DNA of 64,000 nucleotides from Candidatus Nanopelagicales bacterium (GCA_023260395.1 JALQVI010000001.1:3692-67691); one strand, 5' to 3'. Positions 49,292 through 61,386 are shown, counted from the first letter of the stretch. A program made the numbers and translations. The notes: generated by a model not told the origin, from the letters alone.

Positions 49292-50554
49292 CTATGCAAG
49301 GGCATCGCGCATTGCGCCGAATTTTGCATTTGATTCAGCAACTTCAGATTCGCTAGTAGAACCGGCAACGATGCCACATCCGGCGTACAAGCGCAGCGAT
49401 GTGCGTTCTGTGTTTTCAATTAACGCGCAGCGCAAAGCGATTCCAAACTCGCCATCACCATGGTTATCGAACCAACCGACAGGACCGGAATAGCGTCCTC
49501 GATCTAACCCTTCGATTTCCTTGATGACTTGCTTGGCGCGCTCGGTAGGTGTGCCGCACACGGCAGCAGTTGGATGTAGCGATGCAGCCAATGCCAAAGC
49601 GGGAGTGGCATCTGCCAATTCGCCAGTCACATCAGTCGCTAAGTGTTGGACATTGGCTAATCGCAAAATAAACGGTTCGTCTGGAACGTCCATATCTGTG
49701 CAATGGTTAGCGAGCGCTTCAGCAACTGATTGAACTGCGTATGAGTGTTCTTCTTGGTCCTTATCGGAACCGAGGAGCGCGGCAGCAAGAGCGCCATCAC
49801 GGTCTTCGTCACTACTTCGGCGAACGGTTCCAGCAAGCACACGACTTGTGACTCGCTCACCTTGTCGACGGATAAGCAATTCCGGTGTAGCGCCGACTAA
49901 TCCATCAACACTAAATGTCCAACATTCTGGAAAACGATCATTGAGGCGAGACAGCAATGAGGCAACATCTAGTGACTCGCTCAACGTTGCCTCGATGTCG
50001 CGCGCCAAAACCACTTTGTCGAGCTCGCCGGAATTGATACGAGTGATGGCTTCATCTACTGCTGATTGCCACTCTTCAAGGGATCGCGACCCATCAGTGT
50101 AAGTGACTTCGAGATTTTGTTGATTACGAATGTGACGCCCGGCAATCTTGTCCTGTGCGGCTTGAGTGAGTTCCTCAAGCTGTTCACTCGGTGCGATAAC
50201 TGTCAAGGTTGTTTCGTGGTTCACTCGGCGCACTGAGACCTGCGGGACAATCACAACAGATTTTGCCGGACCGGTGGCGAATGCAAACGAAGCAAAGGCA
50301 ATTGGATCATCGCCGGTGGCACGACCACACCAAGTGGACCACCAACGTTGAGCTCGGCTAACGCGTTCTGGTCCATCAGCTTCTAGTCGATCTATTTCGC
50401 CCCAGCCAACGATTCCGGATTGGTCGTGTGATGGGCCAGTTACCCACGAAAGACCGCCAACTTGATCGAGTAACGACAAAAGATTTGGGATGTCTGGAAT
50501 TGAAACGGTTTGTACGACATAGGTGTTATCTGTCGTGGTTGATTCAATTGACAT
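49292..50554 (-). CDS. menF: isochorismate synthase
   Basis: 420 aa chorismate-binding fold. Motifs LHPTAAVCGTPT, RGRYSGPVGWF and GIALRCA...YAGCGIVAGS. Confidence 0.88.
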   Translation of the reverse strand: MSIESTTTDNTYVVQTVSIPDIPNLLSLLDQVGGLSWVTGPSHDQSGIVGWGEIDRLEADGPERVSRAQRWWSTWCGRATGDDPIAFASFAFATGPAKSVVIVPQVSVRRVNHETTLTVIAPSEQLEELTQAAQDKIAGRHIRNQQNLEVTYTDGSRSLEEWQSAVDEAITRINSGELDKVVLARDIEATLSESLDVASLLSRLNDRFPECWTFSVDGLVGATPELLIRRQGERVTSRVLAGTVRRSSDEDRDGALAAALLGSDKDQEEHSYAVQSVAEALANHCTDMDVPDEPFILRLANVQHLATDVTGELADATPALALAASLHPTAAVCGTPTERAKQVIKEIEGLDRGRYSGPVGWFDNHGDGEFGIALRCALIENTERTSLRLYAGCGIVAGSTSESEVAESNAKFGAMRDALA

Positions 50555-50629
50555 AGCCTCTCAAGCCTAGACCGAATTGCGTCATCGTGAAGTTCGGAAA
50601 CCTTGGGCGCAAGTTCGTAGACTCACATC

Positions 50630-52003
50630 GTGCGCGATTTTTCATCAATCTTCCGAAACATTGTGGGACCGCGCACATTTACCTGGCAGGGTGCGCTGGC
50701 TTTCACACTCATTGCAACTGTCGGTTCCATCGTTCTTTATGGCAATCAAGCCGATGCACATTTGAATTTGTATCTAATGATTTTTCTCATTGCTCAGGTC
50801 TGTGCACTTTTCGTCTATGTAATTTCTGGAATGATTTTTTCTCGCATTGCGCCTTTTAATGGCCGAGTTGTTTTCGTCATTATCAGTTACGTAGTTCTGT
50901 GTTTCGTGCGCGCGTATGTGGCCGAGAAGCTTTTATGGCGTACTCAGGAAATTTCACAGGATTTGTTAGTGTGGCGGTTTCGTTCAAACCTCATTGTGAA
51001 TTTACCGGTATTTGCTGGAACCGCTTGGGTGATGAACACCCGTGAAGAATCGAAAACTCGACTCCGCAAACTCCGTGCTGATGGTGATGAACTTTCCAAA
51101 GAACTTGAACAACTTTCAATGGTGTATTCCGAGCAACGTTCATATGGCGAACGTGAATTGGCACTTGAAGTTTCTAGTGCCAGGCAATTGCTCGATGCAC
51201 TACTGAACAATAAAGATGTGATGTCGAAATATGAGTCACTCGTCGCGCAATTACAAGCCTCGGTACATCATGCGAGTCAAGCCATTAAAGCAATGCCTCA
51301 AGGTGAAATTGCGCAACGCTATTCGATTCCACCTATTCCGACTCCGTTTTCTATGGTGGTAATCCTCGATCGCATTACGCGTGTGCGTGGCATTTCCCCT
51401 TGGACTGCAAGCGCGACAGCGTTCTTCTTCTCATTTGCCTATGCGCAGTACCACGAGTCAAGCAGCCCGCCCTTCATCTCCACATTGGGCATGGCTGCTG
51501 TCATGTTGATGATCTTGTATTTCAATCGCCGCGTCATTATTCCAAGAATTCGTCATTGGGAATTATGGGCTCGAATTGTTGTTTTTGAAATTGTCGCGAC
51601 CACTGTCAATGTTTGGCTTTCACTTTTTATTACACGTTTTATTTTGAAAGCACCCTTGCCGCTAGGAATTACGATTACTGCTGCGTTAACGAGTTGGCTC
51701 ATTATGAACGTAGTTGTTTTTATGCAGGGTGTGTTTGATCAGCGTGCTGACTATTGCCAGTTACTTGCTGCTCGCAACGAGCACATTGCACAGGCGATTA
51801 ACGAAACTCGACAGATGATGTCGCTTGAAGAATCCACCTGGAAGCAAATGTTTGTTGGTGACATTGGACGAACTCCAACAGCTGCCAACGTGATGTTAAA
51901 GAACATTAGTGATGGCGTTCACGTTCGTGATGTTCAAGAACAGCTCGCAGTTATCAACGACATATGGCGCCTCGTTTTGGCACAGTTACGTATCGTCACC
52001 TAA
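50630..52003 (+). CDS. unknown polytopic membrane protein with a central coiled coil (A+T-rich gene)
   Basis: 457 aa; the GTG start is uncertain. About 4-5 TM segments, then a charged coiled coil ([19 protein letters not shown]), about 5 more TM segments, and a roughly 90-aa soluble tail. Hand counts of two 100-nt samples gave 33 and 37 G+C, against 53 in neighbouring menF. Confidence 0.6.
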   Translation: MRDFSSIFRNIVGPRTFTWQGALAFTLIATVGSIVLYGNQADAHLNLYLMIFLIAQVCALFVYVISGMIFSRIAPFNGRVVFVIISYVVLCFVRAYVAEKLLWRTQEISQDLLVWRFRSNLIVNLPVFAGTAWVMNTREESKTRLRKLRADGDELSKELEQLSMVYSEQRSYGERELALEVSSARQLLDALLNNKDVMSKYESLVAQLQASVHHASQAIKAMPQGEIAQRYSIPPIPTPFSMVVILDRITRVRGISPWTASATAFFFSFAYAQYHESSSPPFISTLGMAAVMLMILYFNRRVIIPRIRHWELWARIVVFEIVATTVNVWLSLFITRFILKAPLPLGITITAALTSWLIMNVVVFMQGVFDQRADYCQLLAARNEHIAQAINETRQMMSLEESTWKQMFVGDIGRTPTAANVMLKNISDGVHVRDVQEQLAVINDIWRLVLAQLRIVT

Positions 52004-52040
52004 TTGGGCTAGAGATTCGATTCAGTGGCACACTAGAGAG

Positions 52041-52739
52041 GTGACTCGACCTGACCTCAATAAGCAGCCTGAAGAAGTCGCGGCCATGTTTGACAAGGTC
52101 GCTGCAAAATACGACATCACCAATGACGTGTTGTCGATGGGACGTACTAAGTCCTGGCGAAAAGCCGTAGTTGCTGCTGTTGACCCCAAGCCAGGCGAGC
52201 GAATCTTGGATTTGGCCGCGGGAACCGGAACGAGCACCGTTCCATTCCACAAAATCGGCGCTGACGCCGTTGCCTGCGATTTCAGCCCCGGAATGATTGA
52301 AGTGGGTCGCAAGCAGTACCCATTTTTGACCTTTGTCCAGGGCGATGCGCTCAATTTACCCTTTAAAGACAACGAATTTGACGCTGTCACCATGTCATTT
52401 GGGCTGCGTAACGTTCATGACACGCTAAAGGCGCTTTCTGAGCTCTATCGGGTCACAAAACCCGGTGGCCGCATGGTTATTTGCGAATTTAGCCACCCAA
52501 CCTGGGCTCCATTTCGCAAGGTTTACATGGAATATCTGATGAAAGCCCTGCCTGCTGTGGCTACAAAGGTCTCTAGCGACCCCGAGGCTTACGTATATTT
52601 GGCCGATTCTATTCGCGAATGGCCTGATCAGGAGGCACTTTTGGCTCTGATTATGCAGGCTGGATGGGACGCCTGCGAGTGGCGCGATTTAACCGGTGGC
52701 ATTGTGGCCCTACATCGGGCTATAAAAGCTGAAAAGTAG
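52041..52739 (+). CDS. menG: demethylmenaquinone methyltransferase
   Basis: GTG at 52041 avoids overlap with the upstream gene (the ORF track starts at 51909). Motifs [23 protein letters not shown] motif ILDLAAGTG, and FGLRNV. Confidence 0.88.
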   Translation: MTRPDLNKQPEEVAAMFDKVAAKYDITNDVLSMGRTKSWRKAVVAAVDPKPGERILDLAAGTGTSTVPFHKIGADAVACDFSPGMIEVGRKQYPFLTFVQGDALNLPFKDNEFDAVTMSFGLRNVHDTLKALSELYRVTKPGGRMVICEFSHPTWAPFRKVYMEYLMKALPAVATKVSSDPEAYVYLADSIREWPDQEALLALIMQAGWDACEWRDLTGGIVALHRAIKAEK

Positions 52740-52790
52740 CATTTCGCACCCTGCAGTTACTTCCAGGGCTTTAGTAGACTGCAATCGCAT

Positions 52791-52808
52791 TAGTGAAAAC
52801 TTTCACAA
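52791..52808. promoter_or_regulatory. Rex (redox-sensing repressor) operator-like inverted repeat upstream of nuoA
   Basis: TAGTGAAAACTTTCACAA matches TTGTGAA-N4-TTCACAA at 13 of 14 specified positions. It lies 149 nt upstream of the nuoA ATG. Confidence 0.55.
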
Positions 52809-52956
52809 ATGCACAAAGCCCTGAATTTACAAGAGGTTTTGGGCTCTAGGATTGGTTTGCAGATCACCGCGGATCTAGCGCAGAAAATGCAACATCAAGC
52901 CGGCGCCTAAAAGAGGAAATTCTTTAACGGCAACTGGTTAGCGAGAGGTGGCACAC

Positions 52957-53325
52957 ATGGGTCAGGGGCACGTTTACTTCCCGATCCTTTTCTTGGGATT
53001 ACTTGCGTTCGGATTTGCAGCTTTCTCAGTTGCGATTGCCTCCATCACGGGCCCGAAGCGCTACAACCGAGCAAAGCTTGAGCCTTACGAATGTGGCATC
53101 CAGCCAACACCTCATGCAACCGATGGTGGACGCTTCCCGGTGAAGTACTACCTGACGGCAATGCTCTTCATCATTTTCGACATCGAAATCGTGTTCATGT
53201 ACCCATGGGCAGTGACCTTTGATGCACTTGGCCTATTCGGCCTCGTTGAAATGATCATCTTCATGCTCACAGTTTTCGCAGCGTACGCATTCGTGTGGCG
53301 CCGCGGTGGACTTGAGTGGGACTAA
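52957..53325 (+). CDS. nuoA: NADH-quinone oxidoreductase subunit A
   Basis: ATG at 52957 lies 8 nt after GCGAGAGG; GTG at 52948 is an alternative. Motifs LEPYECG and FIIFDIEIVFMYPW. Confidence 0.9.
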   Translation: MGQGHVYFPILFLGLLAFGFAAFSVAIASITGPKRYNRAKLEPYECGIQPTPHATDGGRFPVKYYLTAMLFIIFDIEIVFMYPWAVTFDALGLFGLVEMIIFMLTVFAAYAFVWRRGGLEWD

Positions 53326-53345
53326 GGAATTAGGGACAACGAAAA

Positions 53346-53900
53346 ATGGGTCTTGAAGAAAAACTTCCTAGTGGCGTTCTGCTAACAACAGTCGAAGGTC
53401 TAGCGGGCTATGCGCGAAAGAACTCGCTGTGGCCAGCGACGTTCGGTCTTGCTTGCTGCGCTATCGAAATGATGGCCTCGGGTGCCGGTCGTTACGACCT
53501 CGCTCGCTTTGGCATGGAAGTGTTCCGCGCTTCGCCACGTCAGGCTGACCTCATGATTGTTGCCGGTCGTGTGAGCCAGAAAATGGCGCCAGTTGTTCGA
53601 CAGATTTACGATCAAATGCCTGGACCAAAGTGGGTTCTTGCCATGGGTGCATGTGCATCTTCTGGCGGTATGTTCAACAACTACGCAGTAGTTCAAGGTG
53701 TTGACCACATCGTTCCTGTCGATATGTACTTGCCAGGTTGCCCACCACGTCCTGAAATGTTGATCGATGCACTTTTGAAATTGCACGACAAGATCGATGA
53801 AACCCCATTGGGTTCAAATCGCAAGCGCGAAATTATCCAGCTTGAACAAGATGCTCTTGCGGCAGTTCCAACTCATGCACAGAAGGGACTCATGCGATGA
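53346..53900 (+). CDS. nuoB: NADH-quinone oxidoreductase subunit B
   Basis: 184 aa. N2-cluster cysteines are in [17 protein letters not shown] and LPGCPP. Confidence 0.96.
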   Translation: MGLEEKLPSGVLLTTVEGLAGYARKNSLWPATFGLACCAIEMMASGAGRYDLARFGMEVFRASPRQADLMIVAGRVSQKMAPVVRQIYDQMPGPKWVLAMGACASSGGMFNNYAVVQGVDHIVPVDMYLPGCPPRPEMLIDALLKLHDKIDETPLGSNRKREIIQLEQDALAAVPTHAQKGLMR

Positions 53901-54592
53901 GCGAAGACGTCGTTCCAGCCGGTCAACCACTTCTGGAAGTAACCACAGTTCGTGAAGGTATGTTCGGCGCATCAGGTTCCGGTGACACCTCAGGCTTCGG
54001 TGGACTTGTTTCAGTCGTTCCTATTCCGGCAGCATCCGAACGCCCTTACGGTGGCTACTTCGACATCGTTGCAGATGAACTTCAAGCCGCACTCGTTGAC
54101 TTTGGCACCACACCTGAAAAGGCCGTTGAAAAAGTTGTCGTCGCCGACGGTGAAATTACTTTCCACGTTAACCGCGACGAGCTTGTTGCATTTGTGCGCG
54201 CATTGCGTGACGAACCTGGTCTTCGTTTCGAATTGTGCCTCGGCGTTAGTGGCGTTCACTACCCGAATCACACAAATAAAGAACTTCATGCGGTTTACCA
54301 CTTCCGTTCAATCACGCACAATCGCGTGATTCGCGTTGAAGTATCCGTTCCGGATTCAGATCCTCGCGTTCCATCAATCGTCTCGGTTTATCCAACAAAT
54401 GATTGGCACGAGCGCGAAACATTCGACTTCTTCGGAATTGTTTTCGAATCCCACCCACACTTGACCCGAATCCTGATGCCAGACGATTGGCAGGGTCACC
54501 CCCAGCGCAAGGACTACCCACTCGGCGGCGTGCCTGTCGAATACAAGGGTGCAACTGTCCCTGCTCCTGATGAGCGGAGGTCATACAACTAA
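53897..54592 (+). CDS. nuoC: NADH-quinone oxidoreductase subunit C
   Basis: 231 aa. Motif [16 protein letters not shown]. Operon position fits. Confidence 0.93.
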   Translation: MSEDVVPAGQPLLEVTTVREGMFGASGSGDTSGFGGLVSVVPIPAASERPYGGYFDIVADELQAALVDFGTTPEKAVEKVVVADGEITFHVNRDELVAFVRALRDEPGLRFELCLGVSGVHYPNHTNKELHAVYHFRSITHNRVIRVEVSVPDSDPRVPSIVSVYPTNDWHERETFDFFGIVFESHPHLTRILMPDDWQGHPQRKDYPLGGVPVEYKGATVPAPDERRSYN

Positions 54593-55911
54593 TGACTGAT
54601 ACATACGCAGATACATACGAGACCACAACTGGTCGCGTGTACACAGTCCAGGGTCAGGACTGGGACACCATCCCAGGTCTTGCCGAAGGCGAGCAAGAGC
54701 GCATCACAGTGAACATGGGTCCACAGCACCCATCGACTCACGGTGTACTTCGTCTGATCCTTGAACTCGAAGGCGAAACCGTTACCGAAGCTCGTGCAGG
54801 CATTGGCTACCTTCACACCGGTATCGAAAAGAACATGGAATACCGTTCTTGGACGCAGGGCGTTACGTACGTAACGCGCATGGACTACCTTTCGCCGTTT
54901 TTTAACGAAGCTGCTTATTGCCTCGGTCTAGAAAAACTTCTCGGAATCACCGAGCAAATTCCAGAACGCGCGCAAGTCATCCGCGTGATGATGATGGAAC
55001 TCAACCGCATTTCCTCGCACCTAGTTGCGCTTGCAACCGGCGGCATGGAACTCGGTGCATTGACCGCAATGATCTTTGGTTTCCGCGAGCGCGAAACAAT
55101 TCTTGACTTGTTCGAACTCGTCACCGGTCTTCGCATGAACAGCGCCTACATCCGCCCAGGTGGTGTTGCGCAGGATCTTCCAGCTGATGCTGAAGCAAAG
55201 ATTCGCGAGGCTGTCATGGCATTGCCGCGTCGCCTCAAGGACACCAGCGATATGTTGGTCGACAACTCAATTTGGATGGGTCGCACCAAGGACATTGGCT
55301 ACTTGGATTTGGCTGGCTGTATGGCGTTGGGCATTACTGGTCCAGTGCTTCGCGCAACAGGTTTGCCACATGACCTTCGTAAGTCCAACCCATACTCAGG
55401 TTACGAAAACTACGAGTTCGAGGTTTGCACCCAGAACACTTCTGATGCATACGGTCGCTTCTTGATCCGTCTTGCTGAAATGGAACAGTCACTCAACATT
55501 GTTGAACAGTGCCTCGATCGTTTGCAGCCAGGTCCAGTCATGGTCGAAGACAAGAAGATTGCGTGGCCTTCACAGCTATCAATCGGTTCCGATGGCCAGG
55601 GCAACTCGCTCCAGCACATCCGCCACATCATGGGCGAATCAATGGAAGCGTTGATTCACCACTTCAAGCTCGTGACCGAAGGCTTCAACGTTCCTGCCGG
55701 ACAGGTGTACAGCGCAATCGAATCACCTCGTGGCGAACTCGGCGTGCACATCGTTTCCGATGGTGGAACTCGTCCATATCGCGTGCACTACCGCGACCCA
55801 TCATTTACAAATCTTCAAGCAACCGCAGCAATGTGCGAAGGCGGCCAAATCGCAGACGTGATCGCCGCTGTCGCTTCGATTGACCCAGTAATGGGCGGAG
55901 TGGATCGATAG
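54592..55911 (+). CDS. nuoD: NADH-quinone oxidoreductase subunit D
   Basis: 439 aa. Motifs [19 protein letters not shown] and ESPRGELG. Confidence 0.96.
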   Translation: MTDTYADTYETTTGRVYTVQGQDWDTIPGLAEGEQERITVNMGPQHPSTHGVLRLILELEGETVTEARAGIGYLHTGIEKNMEYRSWTQGVTYVTRMDYLSPFFNEAAYCLGLEKLLGITEQIPERAQVIRVMMMELNRISSHLVALATGGMELGALTAMIFGFRERETILDLFELVTGLRMNSAYIRPGGVAQDLPADAEAKIREAVMALPRRLKDTSDMLVDNSIWMGRTKDIGYLDLAGCMALGITGPVLRATGLPHDLRKSNPYSGYENYEFEVCTQNTSDAYGRFLIRLAEMEQSLNIVEQCLDRLQPGPVMVEDKKIAWPSQLSIGSDGQGNSLQHIRHIMGESMEALIHHFKLVTEGFNVPAGQVYSAIESPRGELGVHIVSDGGTRPYRVHYRDPSFTNLQATAAMCEGGQIADVIAAVASIDPVMGGVDR

Positions 55912-56559
55912 ATGTCATTCTCAGAACAGACACGTGAAAAGGCGCGCGACATTATTTCGCGCTATCCACAGTCACGTTCCGCACTACTTCCAATGCTGCA
56001 TCTCGTGCAGAGCGAAGAAGGTTACGTCAGTGCTGACGGCATTGCATTCTGCGCCGAAGAACTCGCGCTCACAACTGCCGACGTTGCAGCTGTTGCAACG
56101 TTCTACACGATGTACCACCGCAAGCCAGTCGGCGAGTACCACATCGGTGTTTGCATCAACCCAGGTTGTGGCATCCTCGGTGGCGACACAATTTGGTCAA
56201 CACTGTGCGAACGTCTTGGCATCGGAAACGATGAAGTAACCGAAGACGGCAAGATCTCACTCGAGCGCATTGAATGCCAGGCAGCTTGCACGCATGCACC
56301 TGTCATGACTGCGAACTGGGAATTCCTCGACAACATGACACCTGAGTCAGCGATTGATGCAGTTGAAAAGTTGCGTCGTGGCGAAGAAGTGAAGAGCACA
56401 CGCGGTCCACGCATCCGTACCTTCAAAGAAAATGAACTCACACTGGCTGGCTTCGACGATGGTCTTGCAGGCGAAGGCGGCAACGCTGACGAATCCATGC
56501 TTGCTGGCCTAAAGCGCGCTAAAGAACTTGGTCAGTCCGCACCGGAGGTAAAGAAGTGA
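55912..56559 (+). CDS. nuoE: NADH-quinone oxidoreductase subunit E
   Basis: 215 aa. 2Fe-2S cysteines lie in GVCINPGC and CQAACTHAP. Confidence 0.93.
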   Translation: MSFSEQTREKARDIISRYPQSRSALLPMLHLVQSEEGYVSADGIAFCAEELALTTADVAAVATFYTMYHRKPVGEYHIGVCINPGCGILGGDTIWSTLCERLGIGNDEVTEDGKISLERIECQAACTHAPVMTANWEFLDNMTPESAIDAVEKLRRGEEVKSTRGPRIRTFKENELTLAGFDDGLAGEGGNADESMLAGLKRAKELGQSAPEVKK

Positions 56560-57857
56560 CTCTAACTCCCGTACTTTCCGCTCACTGGGACGAAGCAGAT
56601 TCGTTCACCATCGGTGGCTACATGCGCCATGGCGGATACACAGCTTTCAAAAAGGCATTCGCAACTGGCCCAGATGACATCATCAACACGGTCAAAGATT
56701 CCGGACTTCGCGGCCGTGGTGGCGCAGGCTTCCCAACCGGCATGAAGTGGTCATTCGTTCCGCAAAACGATGGCAAGCCGCACTACCTCGTAGTCAACGC
56801 CGACGAATCAGAGCCAGGTGCTTGCAAGGACATCCCATTGATGCTTGCAAACCCACATGCACTTATCGAAGGCATGATCATCGCTGCCTATGCAATGCGT
56901 TGTAACCATGCATTCATTTACCTGCGTGGCGAAGTTCCTCACGTATTCCGTCGAGTGAATGCTGCAATCCGCGAGGCATACACCGCTGGTTACCTTGGCA
57001 AAAACATTATGGGTTCAGGTTTTGATCTCGAGATTGTTTTGCACGCAGGCGCCGGCGCTTACATCTGTGGTGAAGAAACTGCCCTTCTTGATTCACTCGA
57101 AGGCCGTCGCGGTCAGCCACGTTTGAAGCCACCGTTCCCAGCTGTTGCTGGTCTCTACGCATCACCATCGTGTGTAAACAACGTTGAGACAATCGCCAAC
57201 ATTCCTTACATCGTGAACAACGGCGTTGAGTGGTTCCGTTCATTCGGTACCGAAAAGTCACCTGGCTTTAAGTTGTTCGCTGTTTCAGGTCACGTCAAGA
57301 ACCCTGGCATCTACGAAGCGCCACTTGGTATTACCGCACGCGAGCTCATTGAGCACGCAGGTGGCGTTCGTGATGGTCATGAAATTAAGTTCTGGCTCCC
57401 AGGTGGATCTTCGGTTCCAATGTTGACCCCAGACTTGCTCGATACTCCGATGACATACGAAGACATCGCTGCTGCTGGTTCCATGCTTGGCACCGGTACG
57501 CCGATGGTCTTTGATGACAGCACTTCGGTTGTTCGCGCTGTTGCCGGATGGCTTGCCTTCTACAAGCACGAATCATGTGGCAAGTGCACACCATGTCGTG
57601 AAGGTACGTACTGGATCAGCGACTTGTTGCATCGTCTCGAAAACGGCGAGGGTCAAGAATCGGATCTCGACAAGATTGTCGAACTGTGCGCCCAGATTTC
57701 AGGCCGTTCATTCTGTGCACTTGGCGATGCTGCTTCGACACCGTTCCCTGCAGCAATCAAGCACTTCCGCGACGAATTTGTTACAGCAACATCGACCCCT
57801 GCGAATGATTCATTCGATCCATTTGCAGCCACGGTATTCGCAGGAGCTACACGATGA
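56556..57857 (+). CDS. nuoF: NADH-quinone oxidoreductase subunit F
   Basis: 433 aa. Motifs [24 protein letters not shown] and [12 protein letters not shown]. Confidence 0.96.
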   Translation: MTLTPVLSAHWDEADSFTIGGYMRHGGYTAFKKAFATGPDDIINTVKDSGLRGRGGAGFPTGMKWSFVPQNDGKPHYLVVNADESEPGACKDIPLMLANPHALIEGMIIAAYAMRCNHAFIYLRGEVPHVFRRVNAAIREAYTAGYLGKNIMGSGFDLEIVLHAGAGAYICGEETALLDSLEGRRGQPRLKPPFPAVAGLYASPSCVNNVETIANIPYIVNNGVEWFRSFGTEKSPGFKLFAVSGHVKNPGIYEAPLGITARELIEHAGGVRDGHEIKFWLPGGSSVPMLTPDLLDTPMTYEDIAAAGSMLGTGTPMVFDDSTSVVRAVAGWLAFYKHESCGKCTPCREGTYWISDLLHRLENGEGQESDLDKIVELCAQISGRSFCALGDAASTPFPAAIKHFRDEFVTATSTPANDSFDPFAATVFAGATR

Positions 57858-60070
57858 CCGTCACAACGCAAACCGTTACCGTCACAGTTGACGGCGTTGC
57901 AGTAGAAGTTCCTGCTGGCACGCTGATCATTCGTGTCGCTGAAATGCTTGGAACTGCGATTCCACGTTTCTGTGATCATCCACTTCTTTCACCAGTCGCC
58001 GCTTGCCGTGCTTGCTTGGTGGAGATCGAAGGTCAAGGAAAGCCGCAACCTGCTTGTGCGATTCCAGTTGCCGACGGCATGGTTGTTAAGACACAGCACA
58101 CCAGCGAAATGGCTGAAAAAGCTCAAGCCGGTGTGATGGAATTCTTGCTCATCAACCACCCACTTGATTGCCCAGTCTGCGACAAGGGTGGCGAGTGCCC
58201 GCTGCAAAACCAGGCAATGGCAAATGGTCGTTCGGAAACCCGCTTCAACGGAACCAAGCGCACATTCCCCAAGCCAATCAACGTCAGCGCACAGGTACTG
58301 CTTGACCGCGAGCGTTGTGTTTCGTGTGCTCGTTGTACTCGCTTCGCCGAACAAATTGCTGGTGACCAGTTCATTGCATTGCTTGAACGTGGTGCAAAGC
58401 AGCAGGTTGGAACTTCAGAAGATCAGCCGTTTGATTCGTACTTCTCGGGTAACACCATCCAAATCTGTCCGGTTGGTGCGTTGACTTCTGCTAAGTACCG
58501 CTTCCGCTCTCGTCCATTCGATTTGGTGTCATCGCCAAGTGCGTGTGAACACTGTGCAAGTGGTTGTGCGATTCGTACCGATGTTCGTCGTAGTTCAGTC
58601 ATGCGTCGTCTTGCTTGGGACGCACCTGAAGTTAACGAAGAGTGGAACTGCGACAAGGGTCGCTTTGCGTTCCCGTATCTTTCCGAAGGTCGTCTTACGA
58701 CTCCACTCGTTCGCGACGAAGACGGCAACCTCGTTGCTGCATCTTGGCCAGAAGCACTTCGCGTCGCAGCTGCAGGTCTCAAGAAGTCCGGCGCAGCAAC
58801 TGGCGTTCTCACTGGTGGCCGCGTAACTGTCGAAGACGCCAAGGCTTATGCATCATTCGCTCGTGAAGTTCTTGGAACTAACGATGTTGATTTCCGTGCT
58901 CGCGCACTGAGCAACGAAGAAACTGCATTCCTTGCAACACACGTTGCAGGCAAGCCAATCGACGTTACTTATGGTGACCTCGAAGTTGCACCTTCTGTTC
59001 TCTTGGTTGATTTCGATCCAGAAGATGAATCTCCAATCGTGTTCTTGCGTCTTCGCAAGGCTGCATTGCAGAACCGCACCAAGGTGTTCTCAGTTGCTCC
59101 GTACATGACTGCAGGTCTTGCCAAGATGAAGGGCACGCTCATTGCAGCTGGTCCCCTCGAAGCTGCTGCTGCAATCGCAGGTGCTGCCGACCACGTGAAG
59201 GCCGCCGGTTCGATCATCCTTGTTGGTGAACGTGCTGCAACTTCACCTGGCGCACTCAAGGCTGCTGCTGATCTTGCTGCTTCAACTGGCGCTCGTCTTG
59301 CATGGATTCCACGTCGCGCAGGCGACCGCGGTGCTGTTGATGCAGGTTTGCTGCCAATCAATGGTCGCGACACCGGCGCTATTTTGGCCGAAGCTGGCAA
59401 GGCCGTTAAGGGTCTGCTCATTGGCGGCGTTTCGGCAAGCGATGTTGACGGCAACCTTGTTGCAGCAATCGACAATGCAGAATTCGTGGTCTCGCTCGAA
59501 ACACGTCACACCGATGTAACCGAGCGCGCCGATGTTGTATTGCCAGTTTCTGTTGTTACTGAAAAGTCGGGCACATTCCGCAACTGGGAAGGTCGCGATC
59601 GTTCGTTCAACGTTGCAATCCCAACCGCAGGTGCGCTTAGCGACGCAGCAGTTCTCGAAGAACTTGCTCGCGAACTTGGCAGTGAACTAAGTGACACAAA
59701 CTTTTGGGCATCGGCTGCAAAGCCAGAGCTCGTCGCTGGTTCATACAACGCATCAGTTGGTGCTGGTCAAGCAGTACTTTCTACCTGGAAGCACCTGCTC
59801 GACAAGGGCTCGTTGCAAGAAGGCGAACCGTACCTGGCAGCAACCGCTCGCGTTGCAGTCATCCGCGTCAGCCCAGCAACTGCTCGCAGCTTGAATCTGA
59901 CTGACGGCAGCCAAGCAACCGTCGAATGCTGTGGCAACAAAGCAACTGCACCTGTCATCGAAACGCCAGGAATGGTCGATGGCGTTGTATGGATTCCAAC
60001 TAACAGCGAAGGCGCAGCACTGAACCTTCCAAGCGGATGTGTTGTAAACGTTTCGGGAGGTGCCGCATGA
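57854..60070 (+). CDS. nuoG: NADH-quinone oxidoreductase subunit G
   Basis: 738 aa. Motifs [39 protein letters not shown] and [10 protein letters not shown]. Confidence 0.95.
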   Translation: MTVTTQTVTVTVDGVAVEVPAGTLIIRVAEMLGTAIPRFCDHPLLSPVAACRACLVEIEGQGKPQPACAIPVADGMVVKTQHTSEMAEKAQAGVMEFLLINHPLDCPVCDKGGECPLQNQAMANGRSETRFNGTKRTFPKPINVSAQVLLDRERCVSCARCTRFAEQIAGDQFIALLERGAKQQVGTSEDQPFDSYFSGNTIQICPVGALTSAKYRFRSRPFDLVSSPSACEHCASGCAIRTDVRRSSVMRRLAWDAPEVNEEWNCDKGRFAFPYLSEGRLTTPLVRDEDGNLVAASWPEALRVAAAGLKKSGAATGVLTGGRVTVEDAKAYASFAREVLGTNDVDFRARALSNEETAFLATHVAGKPIDVTYGDLEVAPSVLLVDFDPEDESPIVFLRLRKAALQNRTKVFSVAPYMTAGLAKMKGTLIAAGPLEAAAAIAGAADHVKAAGSIILVGERAATSPGALKAAADLAASTGARLAWIPRRAGDRGAVDAGLLPINGRDTGAILAEAGKAVKGLLIGGVSASDVDGNLVAAIDNAEFVVSLETRHTDVTERADVVLPVSVVTEKSGTFRNWEGRDRSFNVAIPTAGALSDAAVLEELARELGSELSDTNFWASAAKPELVAGSYNASVGAGQAVLSTWKHLLDKGSLQEGEPYLAATARVAVIRVSPATARSLNLTDGSQATVECCGNKATAPVIETPGMVDGVVWIPTNSEGAALNLPSGCVVNVSGGAA

Positions 60071-61386
60071 ACATCTACGCAGATGCACAAGGTGACCTAG
60101 CAATCTTTGGCAATGACCCAATCGGTGTCATTTTGCTCAAGGTAGTTGGCATCTTCGCAATCATGGTGTTGATGACACTGCTGACCATTTGGGCAGAACG
60201 TCGCGTCGTTGGTCGTATGCAGATGCGTATCGGTCCTAACCGCGTTGGTCCATTCGGTTTGCTGCAGTCTTTGATGGATGGCATCAAGCTCGCGCTTAAA
60301 GAAGAGATCATTCCTAAAGGCGTGCACATCGCGGTCTACTGCATTGCCCCAGTAATTTCGGCGACAACTGCATTCCTTACTTTCGCAGTAATCCCACTTG
60401 GTCCAGAGGTTTCAATCTTTGGTCACGTCACCCCGTTGCAGCTCACTGACTTCCCAGTCTCTGTGCTTTATGTTTTGGCGATTGCATCAATTGGTATTTA
60501 CGGCATCGTGCTTGCTGGTTGGGCTTCTGGCTCGACCTACCCACTTCTTGGTGGTCTGCGTTCCAGCGCCCAGATGATCAGCTACGAAATCGCAATGGGT
60601 CTTTCATTCGTTGCAGTATTTATGTACGCGCAATCAATGTCGACTTCACAGATCGTTGCCGGCCAAGAACACCTCTGGTACATCGTGTTGCTGTTGCCAT
60701 CATTCGTGATTTACACAATCGCGATGGTTGGCGAAACGAACCGTGCACCTTTCGACCTTCCAGAAGCCGAAGGCGAACTCGTTGGTGGTTTCCACACCGA
60801 GTACTCGTCACTCAAGTTCGCACTGTTCTTCCTTGCTGAATACGTCAACATGGTGACCGTTTCGGCGATGGCAACGACATTGTTCCTCGGTGGATGGCGT
60901 GCGCCGTACCCAATCTCGATGTGGGCTTCGGCAAACACTGGCTGGTGGCCAATGTTGTGGTTCTTCGCCAAGGTCTTTGTATTCCTCTTCGTATTCATTT
61001 GGCTGCGTGGAACTCTTCCACGTATGCGCTACGACCAGTTCATGAAGTTCGGCTGGAAGGTTTTGATCCCTGTTTCCTTGGTGTGGATCATGATCGTTGG
61101 CGCTGCCCGTCAATTGAAGTCCGATGAATCAGTACCAACTCGCACGTTGCTCATCGTCGCAGCAATTTTGTTAGTCATTGGTGTTGGTATTTCTTACATC
61201 TTTGAACTTCGCGCACAAAAGCGTGCTGACATCGAGCAAGCTCGCGAAGAACTCGAAGCATCAACAGAATTCGATCCATTCGCCGGCGGTTTCCCTGTGC
61301 CTCCAATGCCAGGTCAAACGCCACAAGCATCACGACGTATCCCAGTAACACTGGCAAGTTCGCCAGTAACAGGGGAGGAGCAGTAA
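60067..61386 (+). CDS. nuoH: NADH-quinone oxidoreductase subunit H
   Basis: ATG at 60067 forms an ATGA overlap with the nuoG stop (the ORF track starts at 60037). Motifs [20 protein letters not shown] and [19 protein letters not shown]. Confidence 0.95.
   Translation: MNIYADAQGDLAIFGNDPIGVILLKVVGIFAIMVLMTLLTIWAERRVVGRMQMRIGPNRVGPFGLLQSLMDGIKLALKEEIIPKGVHIAVYCIAPVISATTAFLTFAVIPLGPEVSIFGHVTPLQLTDFPVSVLYVLAIASIGIYGIVLAGWASGSTYPLLGGLRSSAQMISYEIAMGLSFVAVFMYAQSMSTSQIVAGQEHLWYIVLLLPSFVIYTIAMVGETNRAPFDLPEAEGELVGGFHTEYSSLKFALFFLAEYVNMVTVSAMATTLFLGGWRAPYPISMWASANTGWWPMLWFFAKVFVFLFVFIWLRGTLPRMRYDQFMKFGWKVLIPVSLVWIMIVGAARQLKSDESVPTRTLLIVAAILLVIGVGISYIFELRAQKRADIEQAREELEASTEFDPFAGGFPVPPMPGQTPQASRRIPVTLASSPVTGEEQ

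Noticed and set aside
52749-52768. CCCTG-(10 nt)-CAGGG stem right after menG as a terminator
   Set aside because: It has a 5-bp stem, a 10-nt loop and only CTTT after it, so it is not convincing. menG may read through into the nuo leader.
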